Positions 12,196-25,275 of a DNA stretch of 64,000 bases are shown one piece after another. The notes beneath the pieces are model-generated. The model did no database searches and was not told where the DNA came from. It saw only the letters and a program-made list of their open reading frames with translations. Origin of the DNA: the human T2T-CHM13v2.0 reference genome, Homo sapiens; NCBI RefSeq assembly GCF_009914755.1, contig NC_060932.1; one strand, given 5' to 3'. The translations under genes were made by a program, and so were the position numbers. Every line of letters begins with the position of its first letter. Position 1 is the stretch's first letter.

Positions 12196-13062
12196 GGAAT
12201 GAAGCTATGGACATAAACTCAAGTCAGACCATGAAGCACATTCTCAGAAAGCTTAGCAGTCTGGCCTCGGAACTTCAGTAAGTGGAGAAACAGTAGGTAT
12301 TGTAAAACATGGAAGAAACATAGCCAGCTTTGCTTTATGGGAAGATCTCTCTGTATCAGTGTGCAGGCATATTGATAGCCCAGAGACCACTAGGGAGGCT
12401 TCTAAAATAATCCACGTGAGTGATTAGGAAAACCTGAAAGAAGGCCCTAGAGGCGTTTTTATCTGCACACATTGTTACGTAGCTCTTGTGTTTTCCTAAA
12501 TTTATGTTTTCTTTCTTGATCTAGAATACAAGTTCCTGAAATACAGCGGCTTTTAAAAATACTGGCTTGTTTCTTCCTGAATTCCTAATAGTAGCTGCTC
12601 AATAAATATTTGTTCATCTTGTAGTGGATTAAGACCAGGCAGATTTCTTATTTCTCTGGATCTGTGCATTATTTAAGACAAAATGGAAAGGAATCATGTA
12701 AGAAATACCCATTACCAATTATCGTTCTTCCACCAACTGGCTCCATCTTCTAGGGACATGGTTTCCTAGTATGGAAAGCAGGCATTACAGTAATTACTAC
12801 TCTCCAAATCTTAAAAATGAATAGGATAAACTTGAAAAGGACATTGATTATTGGGAGAAATAACCTTCATACTGATGCTCTAAATTCGAAACAGAATCCT
12901 TAAAACACCATTGATCATGCAGCATCTGCCTTTCTAACTGGGGCTCAATTGAAATACTGGGACCTTAGTTTTTGCCTGCTTTTGAAGAGAGTCTGACAGA
13001 GGATTACAAAAAACTGTATTTAGTTTGTAGCTGCCTTCTTTTTTCCCTTGTCTAAACTACTC

Positions 13063-13084
13063 AAAAAAAAAAAAAAAAAAAAAA
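13063..13084. repeat. Poly(A)22
   Basis: Uninterrupted A run with no adjacent Alu/L1 body. Confidence 0.9.
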
Positions 13085-13230
13085 TAGACAGCTGTGGAAT
13101 GAGCCAGTTCAGCAGTCTGCTTCTTGCCTATCATCCTGCCCCACTTTCTGTGTGTTCCTTTGGGAAGAAATCCTGGGGAATAGATAGCAGGAAATCACAG
13201 GCAAATTCAGAGCTTCTTGGGGGTGGCGAT

Positions 13231-13300
13231 GGGCGGGGAAAGCACAATATAAACTATTAAATGCAGTGATGAAGCCAGCTACTCCCTTGGGTCTGATTGG
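13231..13300 (+). promoter_or_regulatory. Candidate core-promoter motif cluster (GC box, TATAAA, inverted CCAAT)
   Basis: GGGCGGGG 13231-13238, TATAAA 13248-13253, CTGATTGG 13293-13300 in non-repeat DNA; motif match only. Confidence 0.25.
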
Positions 13301-13944
13301 AGGAAGCTGGCCTCCTCCTTGGGGAATGAGGCATTTGAAATTAATTGTTTTCATTTTATACAAATACTTCACCCAAATGAAAGGAATGAAATACTTAAAT
13401 GCAACCACAGCCCTCCTTTATAAATATGACTATGAGCACACACATATACACGTATACCAGAGAAAGCAAATAACAGTAGTGTGTAATCAAATGATCAAGT
13501 GTCTTTATGCCAGCAGTTTTCTGGGTAATAGCACTGTCCCTTGAAAGTGAGCATTATGATTTTTGTGTTTTGCACCAGATCCTTCATCCTGCAGTGTCTG
13601 TGCTGCAGCATCTGGGCACACCCTGCTTGCAGGTATCTGACAATCTACTAAGCTCACAGCATCCTATTTGCTGTTGCTGACTCTTCTCTAGAAGAGAATG
13701 AATCCATGGTCCTTCTTGTCCAGAATAGAAGAATTCTCCTTTTAAAATGCAGAACTGTGTTTGTGTCATCCACTCAACTGGTCCAAAATTTACCCAGAAA
13801 TTAATATCCCACCTTCTTATTATGACTTTCTATACAGGTTTTGATGTTTTGGGCCTGACTTATTTCCTAGCTGTAATTTTCTTCCTTCTTCATGTCCCCC
13901 ATCACAGATCCCATGTCTCAATCCCCTTGTTCTCCTCCCTGTTT

Positions 13945-14365
13945 TAGGAACACCAAGCTGCCCCTCCACGTTTCTGTGCCACTATTTATCTTGTTCCTAG
14001 ACCTGGCATTCTTCCCTGTTGCCTTCTACACTTGAGAAATCTACTCATTCTTCAAGTCTCCCCTGAGATGTCATCTCTTCTGTGAAGCCAGAAACATGTT
14101 TTAATGCCTTGTCCTCACCCATCCAGTCACATTAAATTACTACTATCTCTGAGCCTCCATACTTCCTCATTTACACTTTTATTTTTAGCACTGATTTCAC
14201 ATCATGACTTGTATAATTTGTGTTTTTGTCCATTTTTCCCACCAGAGTCTGTAAGTCCTTTGGGGCTTGGGGTCTTATCAGTTTCATTTTTGTAATCTAG
14301 TAGAGCCTAATATGATGCCAGACACGAAGTTGATGTTCAAAGAATATAAGAGGCAGTGAAATGAA
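13945..14365 (+). mobile_element. L2 3' end
   Basis: ctactcattcttcaagtctc, ctgtaagtccttt...gagcctaatatgatgccagacac...ttcaaagaata. Confidence 0.6.
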
Positions 14366-14879
14366 TCTTAGTCAATTCCCAGGCCCATCAGGCCAACCCT
14401 CTCTTCTTCAATTGTACCTCTTTGGAATGAGTTATAAAAGAAAAGGCAAGAGGAGTTGCTTTGTGGCACAACAGCATATGGAAGGCACTCAGACGGGGTC
14501 CAAAGTGGGGCTCACAGGAAGCCCCTAGCAAAGGAGCTACTGGTATATAGATTTCTCAGTTGTCCAAATGCTGCTTGAAGAAAAAAACAACACAGATGTC
14601 AATACATATAGGACAGAATGCAGTATTTGCCAAAAGCAGAAGCTGAAGAGATGTTACTTCAGGTATTCTTCCTCATTGAAGATCTATATTCTTTTGAATG
14701 TACAGCTTGATGTCAAGTTAGTTTCCAGTCTCAATTAGGATGCATTCATTTTTATCCATTAAATACTATCTGGAGAGCAGGAAACATGATGTCAAAGTCA
14801 TGTGCATGTGTTCGTTTTTGTCTTCCTCCTAAGGAGAGAAGCACTTACCAATTTGGGTACGAGGGTTAAAAAGAGCAAG

Positions 14880-15390
14880 ATAATAACAACAAGCAACAAT
14901 TGCATAGCAATTTGCAGCCTACGAGCCCTTCAATCTGCTATTTCATTTAACCTTCAAGACAATCTTATGAGGCTGGTATTATTGCCCCCACTTTGCAGAG
15001 GAGGAAACTTGGGCTAATGATGTTTAAGTGACTTGTCTAAGGTTATATAAAAGCACCAAGACTGACAGAATGCTATTATTCAGAGTAACATAGAGTGAAT
15101 TGAACTCCAGTATGATTATCCTGAGATTTTTGCTGTAATAATATGCAACCCTTACTGACTGCTGACAATGTAGCAGACACTGTTCTAAAGTGCTTTACAC
15201 ATATTAACTCATTTAATTCCCAAACCACTGCATGAGGTAGAAATGATTATTATTCCTCTCATTTTATAGATGGGAAAGCTGAATTCCAGAGAGGTTAAGT
15301 ACCTTGGTTTCTCTTACAAAACTGATCAATAGCAGAGTGAAGGTTTGGACCAAGGCAATCTGGCTCCCAAGTCCATATTCAACAAATACA
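14880..15390 (-). mobile_element. Two MIR SINEs (~14880-15050 and ~15140-15390)
   Basis: rc of the MIR core: tcatttaa...atgagg...attattat...cattttatagatg...gagaggttaagt. Confidence 0.75.
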
Positions 15391-15839
15391 GTAGCCTGCT
15401 TCTTGAGGCATGGGATGTTGATATGACCTGGTGACTCTAATGAATAGTACAAAATACTTTCATCCTTAAATAAATGTTTAATGTTTAAGACTTAAAGTCT
15501 AAGGACTTTCAAGGTCAACAAAAACATTTTAGAGACAGAATATGTTTTGAGGCTGCAAGTCCTTACCTTGTTTCCAGGTATAATTTGACCCTTCAACCTC
15601 TTGGATCCCAACTCCTCTTCCTTCCTCTGCTCCTCCACTGCCCAGAACAGATCCCAGCATAGTGGGTGGCAGGGTGGGGGGAGCGGTTCAGAAAATATCC
15701 ATTGAGTGAATGAAGATGATGCCTTCGTTGTTCAGCTATCGGTAGCTGAGGAAAATCGTCCTATTGATCAGTTGAAAAACTAGACCATACATTTATTCCA
15801 AATTCTGTCTCTTCACTCAAGCTGAAACACTATTTCCTT

Positions 15840-16205
15840 CTCTTTTTTATCAGTTATTCCTATTTGCCTTTCTGGTCTCAGATGAGATATCACTTGTTTT
15901 GTGAAGTCTTTGCTGCTCCTTTTCTCCCATCCCACTACCACCATTACCAAATCTGGAGTAAGTGCCCTTTTAATGGAGATATAGCTCCTATAATTTTCTT
16001 TATATATTATATGCAATATGCATATCAATTTACTCTCTAATTTGCATGATTGTGCATACATGTGCATACACACACAGACACACACACACATAAACTATGA
16101 TTTCCACAGGGACAAGGATGGTGTGTTTCCTTCACGTTGTTTTCATGGGGGCTAGAATTATGGATGCTTTTTAGGTATTGGTTGGAGGAATAAATGAGTG
16201 ACTGA
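15840..16205 (+). mobile_element. L2 3' end with (CA)n
   Basis: tctggtctcagatgagatatcact, actatgatttccacagggacaagga, tail aataaatgagtgactga. Confidence 0.5.
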
Positions 16206-17317
16206 GTTAACTTTAGCAGCAGTCACCCAGAAGTGTTCTTTGATTAATAGGAATGTTGAAACAAAATAAATTGCTCAAAAATTAAAGTCCTCTCAACACA
16301 GTTATCCTAGTGCTTGAAGGACTGATATCAACACTAAAATCCCTCCACTCCTTCTTTTACTCTCAAGGGCTCGAAGAGTGGTCATTGTGGCTCCTGATTC
16401 TTGCCTGTTATCTATTTTGAGTGTGTTGTTTTGCAGTATCTTGACCTACTGTGACTCCAGTCTGACTTGAGTTTGGATTCCTAATGCTTCTTTGAATTCT
16501 GTAAAGTGTAGAAATTGAAAATGGTCATGCACACATAGAAAGTCATTTGTTTGATCAAAGTTTCCAGATATATCCCTCCATGAGTTCTTTTACTATTATT
16601 TCTAAGAGTATTTGTTTGTTAGACTGAGGATTAGAGGCACAGATGGGAGGATAGTAGAAGTTATATCTTAGGAAGATATCTACCAGAAGTAAGTAAAGTT
16701 AGAATATGTTCAGTGAAAATTTTATCTTGAAAGCTTCTGACTTTAGATGGTATTAACATCTCAACCAGATTGATATTTTAATATGTATTTATTTTAGCTT
16801 ATGTTTATTTTGGTTATTTTGGTCTCAGTCTTTTCCACTGTGAATCTGAGAACATACCTGAGTAGGCAAAATTATAATAATTTTCTGATAAGCCATCAAC
16901 ATTGTGTTCTGTCTCGCATCATATGCTATACAAATTTTTGCTCAAGTGATTGACTTCTAAACAGTCTTTTTTTTTTTTTTTAATGAAAGCCAAACTGTAA
17001 GGTTGGAATGAAAAAAAAAAAATGGCTCCTTAAACACAATGTCATTAACTGTCTCAGATCTTAAGTTGATCTCCAAATCAATAAAATCAAATTTACTTAT
17101 TCAAAAAACAAACTATAACCATTTCTTATTTTCAATTATAAGACTAATTCTGGTTGGGTCTTTTCTAACAGTGTATAATCTACAATTTTTTAGATATACA
17201 ATTTTTAGAAATCCATTCTACTCACAAAAACCTAGTGGAGTTTTACTCATGAAGAATTCTTTGTTTTATAAAGTATCATAATAGATTTTTACAGGTTTTG
17301 TGTTTATTTGAAGACAA

Positions 17318-17609
17318 TTTTTTAGTGGGGGAACGTGGTCTTGCTCTGTCACCCAGGCCGGAGTGTGGTGGCATGATTATGGCTTATTGTACCCTTGACC
17401 TCCCATGGTCAAGTGATCCTTCCACCTCAGCCTCCCAAGTTTCTGGGACTACAGGCATGCACCGCCATGCTCAGTTAGTTTTTATTATTTTTAGTGACAG
17501 AGTCTCCCTATGTTGCCCAGGCTGGTCTTAAACTCCTGGGCTCAAGCAGTCCTCATGCCTCAGCCTCCCAAAGTGCTAGGATTACAGGCGGGAGCCACTG
17601 CCCCTGGTC
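17318..17609 (-). mobile_element. AluJ
   Basis: Diverged dimeric Alu with J-type tatgttgcccagg and ctcctgggctcaagc; TSD approx attt(g/a)aagacaa. Confidence 0.9.
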
Positions 17610-17883
17610 TGATTTAAAGACAATGTTATACTGTAGTGTGATGTCCAATTGAGAAACCTAAAGTTGTTGTATTTATTATCTTTCTCTATCTTTATGTTTT
17701 CTCAGTTGGCTTTTGTTATTTGATTGTGTGATAACACCATCTAACTTTTTAAATTCCAAAGGGTTTTAGGAGACGACAGTGTGAGAAACTGCTAAATTTC
17801 CCTCAATATTAGTTATTTTAAAAAATTTATCCATTCAATTCCCGATTTTTAATTGGCTACCTTCAATAAAAACTACATATCCA

Positions 17884-18600
<717 letters not shown>

Positions 18601-20692
18601 TTCAGAGTTGTGTCGTGAATCGATTTGTCCTTGTGGAAGTTTTGGAGATAGATTCATGGGTGGCTGGGAACTCACCCTGGGGCTTATTTTTGTGAAGTCT
18701 GGGGATCTGGTGTGGTGATTTCAGAAGTGGTAGGTGCTGTCGGTTGCTCTCCTGGGAGAGGTGGGCTGGCTAAATATGTATGTTCTGGGAGGTTCGAGGC
18801 CAGTAGGTGGATTCGCCGTCTATCTCATTGCTCTGCTATTTTATTTTCAGCATGGACTTCACCTAATGGTCAGAAAGGACTGTTTCTGATCAGATCCAGC
18901 CCTGCTGTCCACATGAATGGTAGCGTCACTTCTGACCCCTGCCACAGAGGGACAGTGAGGGAGTTTCAAGGGAGGAGTTACCTGTTTATTCCTGGCATCA
19001 ACATTTGATGTCCATATTTTCAGCTGCAATATGTCTCTGTTTCACCTGAAAGTAAAGATAAACCTTCCTTCAAATCCTAATAGTTACCTAAGAACATTCA
19101 GCTTTCTTAAATTCTTAATAGAATTGTTAAAATTTAGTGGACATTTGAAAATGATTCTGATGCCATCTGTTTTAGAAGGCGATTTAAAAATTGTTTAGGA
19201 AGAAAGCTTATTAACATAGTGAAATAATTTTTATGACAATTACCTTAGGGATTTTAGTTCTGCCTTTGATTCTTCAGTGGGAATATTTTGTACTACCTTT
19301 TAAAATCTAATGAGTTAGTTTTATTTACTGCTTCTACGTATTTTCATCTTAAAATATAGTGAGATAAAAAATAAGCAAAATATATTTATCTGAAAAATAG
19401 TAGTGTGACTGGAACCATTCATCTGAAATATTTCAGATGAATATTTATTTGAACAACAGTAGTATGACCATTGTTCTTAAATCAGCCTATAAAATATATG
19501 GTAACATTAAAAATGGTATTTTTATATGGTCTTTATAATTTGAAGGGTATTTGTGTGTTTCTCATATATAGGGAAGGTTCTTAAAATTGTGTCCTAAATA
19601 ATATTCTTGATTCTAAGAATTTCTTTATTTTCGATAGTGCACTTCTTTGTGATGTGAAAATAATGTTATTGGTTCTTGGAATAAGTGAATATTTTACACA
19701 TGCTATACTTTTGGTGTCTTTGTGAGACTAAGTCTATTCTTTCTGGTAATTTTTGTGTTTGAAGTTGGGAGTTTGTTTAGGGATGATTGCCCCTGAAAGT
19801 CAACTGAATCAGATTGAAGACCTCTTCTCTAGTGTGTTGGAAATGAATCAATAGAGTGGCAGAAGAGGGACTTAGTAAGTGGCTCCCTTGAAGAACTGTG
19901 CAGCCACTAGAGACATTATTTTTTAAAATACTAACACTAAGCACTGAAAATTATAACTCATATTGTACTTAAACATTTTAAAGATATATATCCCTAGGTT
20001 CCTTTAATGTGTCTTAACTTTTTAAAGTTATAGCAAACCACAGCAATTATTGGTAAAATTAAATTGTCTTCTGATTGCACACTTGGACAATTTACTGAGC
20101 ATTAAAGAGTTGGGGATGAGAATGAGCTTGCATAAAATAATTGAGCTCTGAGCAATTATTTCTCTATTTGGCTCCATTTGACACAAGCACCAGCATTTTA
20201 TTGAATTTCCTTGAAATCATACAATGAAGGCTCACACTCTCAATAAGTGTGTTATTTTCAGAGAATATCTGGGGGTTTTCCACAGATGAGAGTTCTTTCT
20301 AAATTACTTGAATATTTGGGTTATTCCAGAGGGTCTATGTGAATTATCTAAGTTCTTTTCTCCTTTCTGTCTAGATCTAGCTGATATCAATTGCTAATTT
20401 TTTTTTGTTAAAAAATCAATTGTGCTTCCATGTTTTGCAAGGTAGAATATTCACATGGTCATTCATTTATTTTTAAATTAGTTGCACCTGTATCTCATTG
20501 TTCTTCAGGAGAAATAGCAAAAATGTGTGATAGGTGTGAATGTGGAATCTCATAGAGAGAACACCGAAGGAAAAAATGTGTGTAGGTCCTCTGCATATCT
20601 GGCCTTGCCCCAGCTATCCTATCCTTACAGTTTTAAGTCCTATTTTTACACCTTGTTCCCTATTTTATCTAATGTCTAATAGAGAAAAATAG

Positions 20693-21100
<408 letters not shown>

Positions 21101-21807
21101 TATTTTTATTTAAAGACTTTCTGGGAAAAAAATTCGATGGTCTCCCATTTCAATGTTTAACACCCTTTATTCTTCACAAAAGACTCTTGAATTTAGGTTT
21201 TGGGAAAAACATCTCTTCTCTCATATAAGACTCAAGTGCCTTTTTTGGTAATTGCAAATGCCACCTCTCTCTTGTCTTCCCTATTTTTTGGCTACAGTCT
21301 GGGAGATGTAACCAATAAATGTAATGGAGCTGGGGTTACCATCATATTTATGCGTGTCCATCTATCTTTTAGTCTTTCGACTTGGCTTCTGTGTATTGTG
21401 CAAAACCCCTGAATTCTCCATGTGGTAATGACATTACCTTTGTGACATCTAGGGATACATCTTTTCAACCCTCAGACACAAGAGAAAGACCATGGCTGAG
21501 AAGTTATAAGTCTACTATTCCTCTGCTGTGGAAAGAGGTGCTGTGATTTGCAGCCCATTGGAATGTGTATGAAGTGCTATTTCCAGTGGGTGGAAAGAGA
21601 CACTGAAGAGACAAATAACAGATGTTTATTTCAGGCAGAAAACTAGAAATACCTAGTACATTTAACATATATATCAATGTTTCTCTGTCTCTGTATCCGC
21701 ATCTACATTTTACATGCATCTCTATACCCATGCTTATGTCTACATGCATGTTTGTGTCCATGTTCATGTCTACAGCATTTGTCTGTATCTATATCTTCAT
21801 TTATGTA

Positions 21808-22211
21808 CAGATAACCCTCGACTTATAATGGTTCAAATTACAATTTTTTTGGTCTTTACAATGGTGCAAGATTATATGCGTTCAGTAGAAACTATACTTC
21901 GAATTTTGAGTTTTGATACTTTCCTGGGTAGCAATATATGGTATGATACTATCTCATGATACTGGGCAGCTCCCAGCCAGCCATGCAACCATGAGGGTAA
22001 ATGGCCAGTACTCCACAGTCTGTACTGTATTGCCAGATGATTTTGCCCAACTGTAGGCTACTGTAGGTGCTCTGATCATGCTTAATGTAGGCTAGGCTAA
22101 ACTATGATGTTTTGTACATTCACTATATTAAATAAAGTTTTGAATTATAATATTTTCAATTTAGGATGGGTTTTTCAGGATATAACCTGATAGTAAGTCA
22201 AGGAGCGTCTG
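21808..22211 (-). mobile_element. MER47B-like Tigger-family DNA transposon
   Basis: TIRs cagataaccctcgactta / taagtcaaggagcgtctg, TA target duplication, internal gatgattttgcccaactgtaggcta and gtaggctaggcta. Confidence 0.85.
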
Positions 22212-23465
22212 TATATATAATATACTAGAATTATTTATTCTGTAGAACTTCAGTATATGTTTCTATTAAAGATGATCTATTGTATGAATGTAGCCACTGA
22301 ATAAATATTTATTGAACACTGACAGTATACACCATTCTAGAAATACAAAAAATCAAGTTCAAATGATCTTTGGCCTATATATGGTATTCTCGCAATCATT
22401 AGAACATAAACTGCTTCAAAACAGGTGAAACATTCTAACAACATTTTGCAGATAGTATGCATGTATTATTAATTAAATGTATTAAATTTTTATTTATATG
22501 ACATAGGCAAGAGGAATACACCTGAGAGAAGATCTGTGACACATCAAATACTGTAAAGTATTCCTATATTGGAGATACAAAATTTATTCTCAGAAATCTG
22601 AACTTTTTAAAGTTGGTGTTTCCTAGCCATTGGTTTTCTTTTCATTTTTGAGGAGGATGCTATTCCTGTAGAAAATATTACTAATTTTATTTGCTAAGAT
22701 ATGGATTATAAGACTAATTTTTAAAGCATGAGTCTGGTAAATAAGCTTAAGATTAATGCAGAAAAATATGACTAGGTAATAAAGATGTTTATTTAATGAA
22801 CAGTTGTTTTATTGTATTTGGCAACGTGGTCTGAATTTTTTATTTCAGAGAAAGCAATATAGTTTTATTTAAAATGTTATCTAGAACAGTTTGCATCTCT
22901 GGTCTAAAAAATGATTTGTAATGATGAGATGAAAAAAAGTCTCCATTAGTAACAGCAGTTTGATAGTAAGCCACATATTTACTTTTATTAATTTTCGCTT
23001 TTTCATCTTGAGATGAATTAACCATCTTGATGGTTTGCCCCAGGGGTTACTGTGTGAAATTATGAGTCAAAATGATTATGGTGCAAATGGAAAACAGAGT
23101 TTATGGCCTTTCTAAACACTTAAACTAGTTTCTGAAATCGGACTGTATGAATTCTACTTCTGAAATGATTCTTCATATCATGGTACCTCATACATTATAA
23201 ATTATGTGGTGCAATTACATATTTAAAAGTAAGATACAGGATTTATTCATTTCCAACCAATATTGATAGCAAGTGAGTAAAGCATTCCTCGAACTCATTT
23301 GAGAAAAAAAAAAAAGAGAGAGAAAGGAATCATTTATTGACTCATATAACCAATTCTTGCAAAGTCAGGGTAGCTTTAGCCTCAGAGTAGATAAAACCAG
23401 AGCCCTTTAGTCTCTCTGTCTGTTGTTCTGTTCTGCCTGTTTGCCCATCTCCGTCTCTCTACTCG

Positions 23466-23797
23466 TTTTTTGTTGTTGTTGTTTGTTTGTTTTTTTGTTT
23501 GTTTGTTTTCTTGTTTATTTTGAGACAGAGTCTTGCTCTGTTGCCCAGGCTGGAGTGCAGAGGCGTGATCTGGGCTCACTGCCAGCTCCACCTCCCGGGC
23601 TCATGCCATTCTCCTGCCTCCCGAGTAGCTGAGACTACAGGCGCCCACCACCACACCCGGCTAATTTTTTTGTATTTTTAGTTGAGATGGGGTTTCACTG
23701 TGTTAGCCAGGATGGTCTTGATCTCCTGACCTCGTGATCCGCCCGCCTTGGCCTCCCAAAGTGCTGAGATTACAGGCGTGAGCCACTGCACCCGGCC
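23466..23797 (-). mobile_element. AluY with (GTTT)n tail
   Basis: gccattctcctgcc, tgtgttagccaggatggtc, ctcgtgatcc; TSD tctactcg(g)tttt. Confidence 0.92.
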
Positions 23798-24271
23798 TCT
23801 ACTCGGTTTTTATGTGTGGTGCTTATTTCAGGTTTCTCCATGTGCTGAGGAAACTACTTTTGGGGAATCAGGAGTCAACATTTTTACAACCCTCAGACCC
23901 AAAGGAAAGAGGCGTTCATTAAAAGATGATGTGTCTGGGGTTTGGGGGAGGCACTGAGGCTTGCAGCCCTCCAGAATGCATAGTGGGGGAAGGGCAGTGT
24001 CCCAGTGGAAGGGAACAAGCCCCTATTTCTAATGGGAGGAAAGGGATGATGGAGAGACAGAAATAATAGATGTCTACATTTAGAAAGAAAATCTTTTGGA
24101 AGTTTTTACCAGTTTGGAGCCTCATGTGGATTATTATCAGTCTCAGTAATTGGTGTTGGAAATTTCTTATAGATCTTTAAGTGCAAGACAGTATGATAAT
24201 GCACAGAACATCTCCTGGCATCACATACACTTGAATTAGAATCCCAGCTTACCTCTTAGTAGCTCTGTGAT

Positions 24272-24705
24272 CTTTTTTATTAAATGTGTCCCCCAAATTC
24301 ATATGTTGATGGCTAACTTTCAGTACCTAGGAAAGTGACTTTATTTTGAGATAGAATCTTTACAGGGGTAGTAAAATGAAGAAGAAGAAGAAGAAGAAAA
24401 GAAGTCATTAGCATATGCCCTAATCCAATATGGCCGATGCTCTTTTACAAAGAGTAAAGGTGGGCACAGAGATGTGCACAGAGGGAAGATGATGGGAACA
24501 AAGACAGGGGAGAAGATGCTACCTTCAAGCCAGGCAGAGAGGCCAGGAATGGATTCTTCCCTCACAGCCTTCAGAAGGAGCCAGACCTGCTGGCACTGTG
24601 AATGTGGACTTTGGACCTCCAGAGACAACACATTTTTGTTGCTTAAGCCACCCAGTCTGTGACACTTTGTAAATCTGGTAATGGCAGATTTACAAAGCAA
24701 GTACG
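24272..24705 (+). mobile_element. MLT1B-like MaLR solo LTR with internal (GAA)n, inserted in a MIR
   Basis: aatgtgtcccccaaattcatatgttga, ccctaatccaatatg, ttccctcacagccttcagaagga, ttaagccacccagtctgtg. Confidence 0.85.
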
Positions 24706-25049
24706 GTCTTGACCATCTTTACCTAATTTTGTTGAGCCACTTCATAAATATTAGCACCTTTTACAAATTTTCCTCCTCTTCCTCTACATCTTTTACCCAT
24801 TTGTCCTGAAGTCTGGAAGGCTGCTGATAAGTTTTGTGTCCTTCAGCCTTTTTACAAGTTAAATAAATTTTAAAAGTATCAGTCTGCCTCACTGCAGATC
24901 TAGGTAAGAATTCAAATAGCCTTTTAAGAAGGAGGGGGGTGGTAAATGGTTTATTAAAAAGAAAATAATAGCTAGGATTATAGATTAACATACAGACTTT
25001 TAATGAAAATGATATTAAGTAAGAGACATAATATCTTGGGAGGAAAATT

Positions 25050-25275
25050 GCTAAGGAGGTAGGCTGTAGTGTTAGATTATCTGCATTCTGAATCTCAGCT
25101 CCGCCATTCACTATGGAACCCAGGGTCATTTTCATAATCATGCTGTCTCAGTTTTCCTTTTCTGTAAAATGGGAGATAATAATAGCAGAATTAGGGTTAA
25201 ATGGGTTAATAAACACAAAGTGCTCAGAACAGGGGATGGGCCATTGTAAGCATTCACTACAGGCTGGCTTTTGCT
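25050..25275 (+). mobile_element. MIR
   Basis: tctcagttttccttttctgtaaaatgggagataataatag core. Confidence 0.7.
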
